The translations under genes and the position numbers were made by a program. A DNA stretch of 64,000 bases from Armatimonadota bacterium (GTDB lineage: Bacteria; Armatimonadota; HRBIN16), in NCBI GenBank assembly GCA_963677485.1, contig OY781964.1, forward strand, positions 640,001 through 704,000, written 5' to 3'. The notes beneath the pieces are model-generated. The model worked only from the letters and a program-made list of their open reading frames with translations. It was not told where the DNA came from and searched no databases. Each line of letters opens with the position of its first letter. Position 1 is the stretch's first letter. Below, piece by piece: positions 56,035 to 64,000 of this stretch.

Positions 56035-59000
56035 ATGAAAGAGGGTAGTATCTTGCAGAGATGTCATAGACTTGCGTTGTTCCTGTCAGGGATCGGCGTA
56101 TTAATGGTGCTGGGATGCACTCGCCTGGCTGTAGCCACACAGGCTGGTGTGGAGGAGATAGGAAATGCCCGGTTTACGGTGGTAACACCTAACCTGATAC
56201 GCATGGAATACCATCCGAAGGGGCAGTTCGTGGATGATCCGTCGATATTTGCCGTGAACCGCGAGCTGCGGTTCCGGGACTACCGTGCGGAGATATCTGG
56301 CAAGACGCTGACGATTGACACGGGCAAGATGCGCCTGCATTATACAGACGACGGGAAACCGCTGTCTCAAGAGAACCTGAAGGTGAGCATCAATGGGGTG
56401 AAGTGGGTCCCGGGGCTGCCGAACCGCGGCAATCTGGGCGGCACTTCAAGGACCCTTGATGGTCAGTCACGGCCTTTCATGTTGGATGACGGCGTGCTCT
56501 CGACCAATGGCTGGTATCTGTTGAATGACTCCCGCAACCACCTCATGAAAGATGGCTGGGTACAGAGCCGTCCTGATACCGGAGCACAGGACTGGTACCT
56601 GTTTGGATACGGCAAGGACTACAAGGCCGCGCTGCGTTCACTCACGGCGATCAGCGGATCGGTGCCGATGCCTCGCAGATACGCACTCGGTGCCTGGTAT
56701 TCGCGATACTGGCCTTACTCCTCTGCCGACTACCGCAGGATCATCGAGGAATACCGCGTGCATGACTTCCCGATGGACGTCATCGTGATGGACATGGACT
56801 GGCACCGCGATGGCTGGACCGGCTGGAGCTGGAACAGAACGCTGCTGCCCGATGCCGAGGAGCTGCTGAGCTGGTTCCACAAGCAAGGCCTAGCCGTCAC
56901 GTTGAACCTCCATCCCGCCGATGGCGTGGGGCCGCATGAGGACGCATACCCTGCGTTCATGCGTGAGATGGGTGAAGATCCCGCCACGAAAGCTACCCTT
57001 CCGTTTGACGCAGGCGACAAAAAGTATATGGATGCTCTGTTCAAGCACGCCATCGTGCCGCTTGAAAAAGATGGCGTAGATTTTTGGTGGCTTGATTGGC
57101 AGCAATACGCCAAAACCCGATCGATCCCGGATTTGAACAACCTGACATGGTTGAACCACTACTTCTACAACCACACCGCACAGAATGACAAACGGGGTAT
57201 ATCATTCAGCCGATGGGCAGGATGGGGTGATCACCGAAATCCCATCCACTTCTCTGGCGATGCCTTCTCCAATTTCTCGATGCTGGCATTCGAGGTTCCG
57301 TTTACCTCCACCGCTGGCAATATGGGTTGCTTCTTCTGGTCACACGACATTGGCGGTCACATGGGACCTCGTAACGAGGAATCGTATACCCGATGGTGCC
57401 AGTTCGGCGCATTGACCGCCGCGATGCGCTCTCACTCGACCCGAGATGCGACTACCGATCGGCGTCCTTGGAACTACCCCAAGTGGGCCGAGAACTCGAT
57501 GCGGATCAGTTTCCGTCTGCGTTCGGTGCTATTCCCCTACATCTACTCCAGTGTGGCGCAATCGTGTCGACAATCGATACCGCTCAATCGCCCGATGTAT
57601 CTGGAGTATCCTGAAAAAGCACTAGCATACAATAACCCGCAGCAGTATCTTTTCGGCGATGCGCTGCTGGCAGCCCCTGTGGCTAGCGAGGGAGTGGGGC
57701 CCAACCGTGTGGGTCGGCAGGCGGTATGGTTCCCCAGCGGGGACTGGTATAACCTGTTCACCGGTGAACGCTACTCGGGTTCGCAGCAGGCGATGGTCAC
57801 GTCTGATATCAACGAGTTTCCCGTGTATGCCCGTGGCGGCATGCCCATCCCGATGCAGCCCTATCAAGCGCGCATGAGCTCTGCCCCGCTGAGCAGCCTC
57901 ATCGTACGCTGCTATCCTGGCGAGCAAGGCAAGACTGGTCGGTTCACCCTCTATGAGGACGATGGCATCAGTGAAGGATACAAACGCGGTGAGTCGGCTG
58001 AGACAAAACTGAGCTACACACGCAGTGGCGAGATCGCCAGTATGGTCATCTCGGCCACTAAAGGCAACTACAAGGGGCAGCTTGAAGAACGCGAACTTGT
58101 CGTGGAGTTTCCATGCACCACCAGAGCGAGTGAAGCCTCTGTGGATGGCCATCCCGTCCTCAGCAACTACAACATCGTGACGCACACCAACAGCGTCAAA
58201 GTGAGCACACGCTCGATCCGTCGGGGCTGTGTAGTCAAGGTGAAGGCTGATCTAGTAGACTTCAAGCAGCTTCAAGTTCAGCAGATCGTGCGCCGCGCTG
58301 GACTGGACCGCTCATTCAACAGGTTCGCCACAGTAAAGGCGCTGCTAAAGGCTGCTTTGCCAACAGTAACTAGTGAGGTTAACCGCGAACTGTTGCTGGC
58401 CTCCGCTGGTGTGGGCATCATGATACGAAACGACAAGCCCTACATGTACCCGGCCAACAACATGCCCTATCTGTATGTTGGGCAGGGTCTATCGAACTCC
58501 AAGATGATGAACTGGAGTTTGGTTGATGAAGATGATGCTGCCCGCACGAAACTGGCCAATGAAACATGGCCAATGAGCCCAGTCATGGTGGCACCAACAA
58601 TGGTGACCGATAATGAGCCGGTCGCACCATCGGCTTCGTTTGCTTTAACCGCAGAGTTCAAGATATCCGGAATGCCTGTGAGTTTGAGCTGCCCCTATAC
58701 GAGATGGAGCTTGAAACAAAGTAAGGGCGATGTGGCGCAACACGCGGTGGTGACGGTCAGCTCCGTACAACCGGAAACCACTAGCGTGGGAGCAAATGAT
58801 GGGGTGGTCGATGGTTACCCCGCTTCACCTGTGAATGAATGGGCCAGCAACGCAGAAAAATCTGGTGCCTGGGTGCAGCTCAACTGGGAGAAGGAGCAAA
58901 CGGTCAACCGGGTGTGGCTCTACGATCGGCCAAATGACGCTGACCAGGTTTTGTCTGGTGAGTTGAGCTTCAGCGACGGCAGCACCATGACGGTAGGTGA

Positions 59001-59139
59001 GCTACCCAACGATGGCGCAGGCGTGGCCGTCGGCTTCCCGACGAAGACAGTGAAGTGGATGAAGTTCACTATCAAGTCCGTCAGTGCCACCACCCAAAAC
59101 GCCGGACTGGCTGAGATCGCTGCATTTCGTGTAAAATAG
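56035..59139 (+). CDS. GH31 glycosidase with C-terminal discoidin-like domain
   Basis: G.WYSRYWPY, DMDWH, DFWWLDWQQ, FSGD, WSHDIGG, LYEDDG. Confidence 0.93.
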   Translation: MKEGSILQRCHRLALFLSGIGVLMVLGCTRLAVATQAGVEEIGNARFTVVTPNLIRMEYHPKGQFVDDPSIFAVNRELRFRDYRAEISGKTLTIDTGKMRLHYTDDGKPLSQENLKVSINGVKWVPGLPNRGNLGGTSRTLDGQSRPFMLDDGVLSTNGWYLLNDSRNHLMKDGWVQSRPDTGAQDWYLFGYGKDYKAALRSLTAISGSVPMPRRYALGAWYSRYWPYSSADYRRIIEEYRVHDFPMDVIVMDMDWHRDGWTGWSWNRTLLPDAEELLSWFHKQGLAVTLNLHPADGVGPHEDAYPAFMREMGEDPATKATLPFDAGDKKYMDALFKHAIVPLEKDGVDFWWLDWQQYAKTRSIPDLNNLTWLNHYFYNHTAQNDKRGISFSRWAGWGDHRNPIHFSGDAFSNFSMLAFEVPFTSTAGNMGCFFWSHDIGGHMGPRNEESYTRWCQFGALTAAMRSHSTRDATTDRRPWNYPKWAENSMRISFRLRSVLFPYIYSSVAQSCRQSIPLNRPMYLEYPEKALAYNNPQQYLFGDALLAAPVASEGVGPNRVGRQAVWFPSGDWYNLFTGERYSGSQQAMVTSDINEFPVYARGGMPIPMQPYQARMSSAPLSSLIVRCYPGEQGKTGRFTLYEDDGISEGYKRGESAETKLSYTRSGEIASMVISATKGNYKGQLEERELVVEFPCTTRASEASVDGHPVLSNYNIVTHTNSVKVSTRSIRRGCVVKVKADLVDFKQLQVQQIVRRAGLDRSFNRFATVKALLKAALPTVTSEVNRELLLASAGVGIMIRNDKPYMYPANNMPYLYVGQGLSNSKMMNWSLVDEDDAARTKLANETWPMSPVMVAPTMVTDNEPVAPSASFALTAEFKISGMPVSLSCPYTRWSLKQSKGDVAQHAVVTVSSVQPETTSVGANDGVVDGYPASPVNEWASNAEKSGAWVQLNWEKEQTVNRVWLYDRPNDADQVLSGELSFSDGSTMTVGELPNDGAGVAVGFPTKTVKWMKFTIKSVSATTQNAGLAEIAAFRVK

Positions 59140-59244
59140 CTCACTAGGAGACAAAGTTAAGCGATTAACCATATCGGCAGGCTTTGAGTTCCATTAAGAC
59201 AGATGGCATGAGCCACTGCCACAGGCAGCGTTATGGGAGGCAGC

Positions 59245-61848
59245 ATGAATCGGCGTAAATTTCTCAAATCTGGAGCCGCGGTGATCGGGGCTGGCATTCT
59301 GGGAACGGCGGGTTCTGCAGATACAAAGAAGGTGACACCACCAGCAAAATCTGCTGCTGGACCCGCAGTCCCGACAAATAGTATTCGTCCGGCCAACAGG
59401 AGGCTAGATATGGAAGTAGCGTTCAACCGCGAATGGGCTGAGGCTGTGTTCGCTGACCGCAGCTCGATCAAACAGAACCGCATCGGCATCGTGCGTGAAG
59501 AGGTGGCGGGCGACACCAAAATCAACCGCAGCACCACAAATGGTCCAATCAGCCTGCACGGTAAGACATACCAGCATGGCATCGGCGTGAACTCTTATAG
59601 CGTGATGCGGGTGACGCTGGCCCAGCCTGCGGACCGGTTTGTGGCGGATATCGGCCTGGATGATAACACAAAGGCTTTGACGGCTGGCGGAACGGTGGCC
59701 TTCCACGTGAGCGTGGCAGGCAAAGATATCTTTTCGACCCCTGTCATGCGCTGGGCCGATGGTGTGAAGTCAATTGATGTGCCTTTGAATGGTGCTCAAG
59801 AGTTTGACATCACCGTGGACGAAGGCGGAGACGGCCGTGGCTGGGACCAAGCTAACTGGGCTGATGCCAAAGTGATTTTGAAGGACGGCACTCAGTTGTG
59901 GCTTGATGAGATGTTCAAGAAGTGGCAACTCGGCACTGAAATCCCGTTCTCGTTTGTCTATGGCGGCAAGAAGTCTTCGGAACTCATAGGCAGTTGGAAG
60001 CGTGAGATTCAACAAGAGCCCGCGGGAGCTGGCCGGCTTCTTCGGACACTGACACTGACGGACCCGGTGACAGGGCTTGAGGTCAAAGCGCTCTGCACGA
60101 TCTACACCGACTGCGCAGGTGTCGACTGGACGCTGCACTTTACCAACAAGGGTAAAGCCGACACACCGGCTATTGAGCAAGTAAAGGCGGTGGATGTCTC
60201 CATCTGGCCAGACCTTTCGGGCAAGGCACCTGTGCTGCACAGACTGAACGGCGGCGGCGGAGGGGTCGATGACTGGATGCCCTTCGATGAGCCGGTGGCC
60301 ATGGGCAAACGGATCGAGTTTGCACCCCTCGCCGGTCGATCATCCATGGGGGTATGCCCGTTCTTCAACCTGGACTGGGGTGAGGCGGGTGTGATCACCG
60401 CCATCGGCTGGACAGGTCAGTGGGAAGCCTCGGTTGGCTATACCTCCGGCACCCTGCAGTTGTCAGCCGGTATGCGGCATCAGCATCTGTCATTGAAGCC
60501 TGGTGAGAGCATCCGCAGCCCGCGAGTTACCCAACTCTATTGGCAGGGCGGAGACGAGGCGCGGTCGTACAACCTGTTCCGCGAGATGATGCTGAAGCAT
60601 GTAGCACCGACCCACAATGGTGAGCCAGTGACGCCGCCCATCGCCCATTTGACCACGGCGTTCTACGAGTTTGACAACGGCACCGAAGCCGATGTTCTCT
60701 CCCACCTTAACGCCATGAAGGGGCTTGGTTTTGAATTCCTCTGGCTGGACGCCTACTACGGCAAGGATGTGTTTCCAAAGGTCGGCAACTATGTTCTGCC
60801 GATAGAACGCGGGCTGGACCTGAAGCGGTTCCCGAGAGGTATCAAGCCGATTGCCGATGCCACCCACAAAGCAGGAATGAAGTTCCTGATGTGGTTTGAG
60901 TTCGAGCGCATCTGCGGCGGCACGCTGATGGCCACCGAGCATCCCGAGTGGGTGGTGCTGCCCGATCCCAACGGCTGGGGTATGTTGAACCTGGGTCTGC
61001 CCGAAACCAGGGAGTTCATGACGAAGTTCTTCAACACCGTCATTAAAGACTACGGCATCGAGTGTATCCGTATCGATAACGCCGTCGGTTACGAGGGGTT
61101 ATGGGGCTCACTCGATGCGAAAGCCGGAACCGACCGCGTGGGCATGGCCGAAATCCGCTATGTGGAGGGGCTGTATCGTCTCATGGACGACGTGCTGGCG
61201 GCCAATCCTGGTCTGTTTTTCGATAACTGCGCCTCAGGTGGGTGCCGGGTTGACCTGGAGATGTGCCACCGCTCCATCCCGATCTGGCGCACCGACGCCA
61301 CGATCACCCCACTGTTCCAGCGCGATTTCCACCAGGCGGCACTTCAGAACCAGGTGATGACCGCGGGCCTCAGCCGATACATGCCATTCAACGCCAGCGG
61401 GCAGATGGGGGCTGATCCCTACAACTTCCGAAGCGGCTTCAATGGCGGCATCTCCTTCTGCGAAGATATCCGCCCGGCCGCGTATCCACGGGCGTTACTG
61501 AAGCAGGCGATAGCCGAAGGCAAGCGGATTCGCAAATACTTCAGCGGGAACATGTATGTGCTCACCGAGGTGACGGTCAGCCCGAAATTCTGGCAGGTGG
61601 TGCAGTATCACCGCCCAGACAAGCAGGATGGGCTGGTGATGTTGTTCCGACGGCACAAGTCCGCGTATAGCGGGTATACCCTTGATCTCCGTGAGATCGA
61701 ACCCACTGCCAAATACAGCGTGACCGTCTCGCGGAATTACAATCGGCCGGCGCCTCAGGTGATGACCGGCTCGGAGTTGAAGAGCCTCAACTTGCTTGCC
61801 GTGGAATGCCCCGACTCGTTCGTTGTGGAGTATGCAAGGATCAGTTAG
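59245..61848 (+). CDS. Tat-exported NPCBM + GH36 alpha-galactosidase-like protein
   Basis: RRKFLK signal; NPCBM DQANWADA; WLDA, MWFEFE, RID.., DNCASGGCRVD. Confidence 0.9.
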   Translation: MNRRKFLKSGAAVIGAGILGTAGSADTKKVTPPAKSAAGPAVPTNSIRPANRRLDMEVAFNREWAEAVFADRSSIKQNRIGIVREEVAGDTKINRSTTNGPISLHGKTYQHGIGVNSYSVMRVTLAQPADRFVADIGLDDNTKALTAGGTVAFHVSVAGKDIFSTPVMRWADGVKSIDVPLNGAQEFDITVDEGGDGRGWDQANWADAKVILKDGTQLWLDEMFKKWQLGTEIPFSFVYGGKKSSELIGSWKREIQQEPAGAGRLLRTLTLTDPVTGLEVKALCTIYTDCAGVDWTLHFTNKGKADTPAIEQVKAVDVSIWPDLSGKAPVLHRLNGGGGGVDDWMPFDEPVAMGKRIEFAPLAGRSSMGVCPFFNLDWGEAGVITAIGWTGQWEASVGYTSGTLQLSAGMRHQHLSLKPGESIRSPRVTQLYWQGGDEARSYNLFREMMLKHVAPTHNGEPVTPPIAHLTTAFYEFDNGTEADVLSHLNAMKGLGFEFLWLDAYYGKDVFPKVGNYVLPIERGLDLKRFPRGIKPIADATHKAGMKFLMWFEFERICGGTLMATEHPEWVVLPDPNGWGMLNLGLPETREFMTKFFNTVIKDYGIECIRIDNAVGYEGLWGSLDAKAGTDRVGMAEIRYVEGLYRLMDDVLAANPGLFFDNCASGGCRVDLEMCHRSIPIWRTDATITPLFQRDFHQAALQNQVMTAGLSRYMPFNASGQMGADPYNFRSGFNGGISFCEDIRPAAYPRALLKQAIAEGKRIRKYFSGNMYVLTEVTVSPKFWQVVQYHRPDKQDGLVMLFRRHKSAYSGYTLDLREIEPTAKYSVTVSRNYNRPAPQVMTGSELKSLNLLAVECPDSFVVEYARIS

Positions 61849-61870
61849 TCACGATGCGAATGATGGTCCT

Positions 61871-62079
61871 GCACCCACGGAGTGGGTATGATTCTTATAG
61901 CCACGGGTGAGCGTAAGCGATACCCGTGGAGGCAGTCAAACACCATCTACCCACGAACGTGGGTCGGTTGCCGTGACCATCAGGTGCGACCCACTCCGGG
62001 GTAGGATTACTTGCGCCCTACCAGGGGTTACGCTTCGCTTACCCCTGGCTGTAATGAATCTTACCCACTTCGTGGGTGC
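61871..62079. repeat. REP/BIME-like nested palindromic element
   Basis: gcacccacggagtgggta ... tacccacttcgtgggtgc outer arms; inner ccacgggt..gcgtaagc..acccgtgg and ccagggg..gcttcgc..cccctgg. Confidence 0.8.
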
Positions 62080-62153
62080 CGGATCATCTTATGACGTATG
62101 CCATGGTCCATGGTCGGTTTTTGGCACCAACGACGCACTCTCAGGAGGCCGAA

Positions 62154-64000
62154 ATGGATAGACGCCGGTTCCTTATTTCCAGCGCATCGATGATCGGTGC
62201 AGGCATATTTGCCAGTGTAGCCTTGCCCGCGGAAACAAATGACCGGACGAATAGGAGAGCCGCTTTGAACCAACAGCTCAGCACCGTGCAGCTTGACGTA
62301 AAGAATCATGGGGGCGTGATATCCCCTTTGCTGTTTGGACACAACCTGGAGATCACACGCCGAGGTATCTGGAGCGGCCTCAGTGCCGAAATGGTGGCCA
62401 ACCGCAAGTTCGCTGCCGTGGAAAACAACCAGCCTAAACGCTGGACGGTTGTGGGCGGGGAAGGTGCCGCGCGCATCGAAACCTCATTTGGATATGCCGG
62501 CCACCAATGCCTCCGCGTGGAGGTTCCCGCAGATGGCAGCCCCACCGGCATCAAGCAGCAGCACGAAGTGCTGGCAGTTCACACAAGGAAGCCGTATTCG
62601 GTCAGGGTCTGGGTTAGATCCGAAGCCGCCAGGGTTCTTCGAGTCTGCCTGACGGACGGCGCTCATGAAGTATATCTCGAGAAGACAGCGACTTGTAAAT
62701 CTGGCGACTGGCAGTTGGTGAGTGCTGAGTTCACAGCGCATGACACTCAGGAAAACTGTGAGCTCAAGATCACCAGCAGTACACCCGGCAGTTATTGGCT
62801 GGGGGCTGTCTCTTTACAGCCAAAGGACGCATTTCATGGGATGCGGCGCGACGTCGTCGCATTGCTCAAGAAAATGAAGCCGGGCTGTCTGCGCTTCCCT
62901 GGCGGTTGCTATGAAGAGTTCTATAGTTGGGAGGATGGTCTGCTCCCTGTGGACCAGCGTCCACCCATCGGCCCGACAGGTCTGTGGTTCCTGCTGACGG
63001 ACACTGACGACTACGATACCCATGAGATCGGCATCGATGAGTTCATGGCCGTATGCCGCGAGGTGGGAGCAGAACCGGCTATCACGGTGCGCATGAGCGA
63101 AAAGACGCCCGAATCGGCTGCTGCGTGGGTGGAATACTGCAACGGCGATAAATCCACCAAGTGGGGGCAACTCCGGATTGAACGAGGGTATCGGGTGCCA
63201 TACCACGTGCGCTGGTGGTTTGTGGGCAACGAGATGTTTGCGTTTGGTCGTGGCGAGGTATTAAAAGCGGACGGCTATTCCGCACAATGCAGGCTGTTCT
63301 CTGAAGCCATGAAGAATGCCGATGATTCGATCTATCTGGTTCCATGTACGCAGTTCTCAAATGGCGTGGCCTGGCCTGATTGGAATACGCCGGTGATGGA
63401 ATCTGCGAAAGACACCATGCGAGCCGGTTCGGCACACCAGTACATGCTTGACCAGATACCTTTGGTCACTGAAGCTGACTACGCAAAGGTGATCAACACA
63501 CCGAGAGGTAGTGTCGTCGACACTCTGAAGCTGGCCAGAGAGCTGATGGACAAATACCAACCGGAGGACAGACGACTGGGGCTGGTCTACGACGAATGGA
63601 ACCTGATGTGGGGTCGAAAGGGCAGTGTCCCCGCCGCGCTTTATGTCGCGGGCATTCTAAATATGCTCTGTCGGGAAGCACAACCGCTGGGCCTCGAGAT
63701 GGCTTGCTATTTCATGCCCGTGAATGAAGGGGCCATCAAAGTCACGCCTCTTGCAGCCGAATTTGATACCACCGGCCATGTTTTCGAACTCTACAAGATA
63801 CACCAGGGTAACCGACTGTTGGAAGTCGCAGGAACTCCCACGGTTGATCTCTGTGCTTCGCTATCCCCCGATGGCAAGCGGGTGACCGTGACGGCTGTGA
63901 ATGGCATCACCGCAGAACAAATCGTGACCCTCACATTGCCGGCTGAGGCGATGACCAATGCCCGTGTGGTCCATCTGGTGCCGAAGTCTCTTGAGATCAC
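62154..64000 (+). CDS. Tat-exported GH51 alpha-L-arabinofuranosidase-like protein (runs off window; not in ORF track)
   Basis: MDRRRFL signal after aggagg; LFGHNLE, LRFPGGC, WFVGNE, YDEWN. Confidence 0.92.
   Translation, partial: MDRRRFLISSASMIGAGIFASVALPAETNDRTNRRAALNQQLSTVQLDVKNHGGVISPLLFGHNLEITRRGIWSGLSAEMVANRKFAAVENNQPKRWTVVGGEGAARIETSFGYAGHQCLRVEVPADGSPTGIKQQHEVLAVHTRKPYSVRVWVRSEAARVLRVCLTDGAHEVYLEKTATCKSGDWQLVSAEFTAHDTQENCELKITSSTPGSYWLGAVSLQPKDAFHGMRRDVVALLKKMKPGCLRFPGGCYEEFYSWEDGLLPVDQRPPIGPTGLWFLLTDTDDYDTHEIGIDEFMAVCREVGAEPAITVRMSEKTPESAAAWVEYCNGDKSTKWGQLRIERGYRVPYHVRWWFVGNEMFAFGRGEVLKADGYSAQCRLFSEAMKNADDSIYLVPCTQFSNGVAWPDWNTPVMESAKDTMRAGSAHQYMLDQIPLVTEADYAKVINTPRGSVVDTLKLARELMDKYQPEDRRLGLVYDEWNLMWGRKGSVPAALYVAGILNMLCREAQPLGLEMACYFMPVNEGAIKVTPLAAEFDTTGHVFELYKIHQGNRLLEVAGTPTVDLCASLSPDGKRVTVTAVNGITAEQIVTLTLPAEAMTNARVVHLVPKSLEI

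Noticed and set aside
1-64000. CRISPR array, tRNA/rRNA genes, stop-codon recoding in the phage
   Set aside because: No regularly spaced repeats or cloverleaf/rRNA signatures were seen by eye, and phage genes tile fully in the standard code.

Overview
The left half (1..~31.4 kb) is the right-hand part of a temperate HK97-type siphovirus prophage. It runs terS-terL, a ~4.9 kb moron block (secreted FGE/CLec-fold protein, KTSC-like gene, PocR-PAS hybrid histidine kinase), portal-protease-capsid, a modular triple-CBM virion protein, holin and endolysin interleaved with head-tail genes, tail genes with a -1 frameshifted chaperone and a short tape measure. It continues with a leftward lysogenic-conversion block behind cI, and a cro operon that ends in xis-int next to the probable attachment site. 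Next comes an ABC-ATPase + DUF4276 pair whose ATPase is split by an intact IS21-family element with an 8-bp target duplication. The right half is host chromosome: GH3, hcp + Rrf2, PfkB kinase, alaS, SDR, folE2, ASCH, TPR, pentapeptide, DUF169, GH31, GH36 and GH51 genes, plus two REP-like nested palindromes. The most notable observation is that at both moron hotspots the anchor gene (terL, cI) is followed by cargo, then by a gapless, diverged orphan copy of that anchor gene's own 3' end, then by more cargo. This suggests an integrase-free, anchor-gene-primed way of stacking cassettes in the phage. Also notable are a CI repressor with altered autocleavage residues and a candidate phage sRNA behind a near-consensus promoter. 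Family assignments are by eye from motifs; no database search was run.
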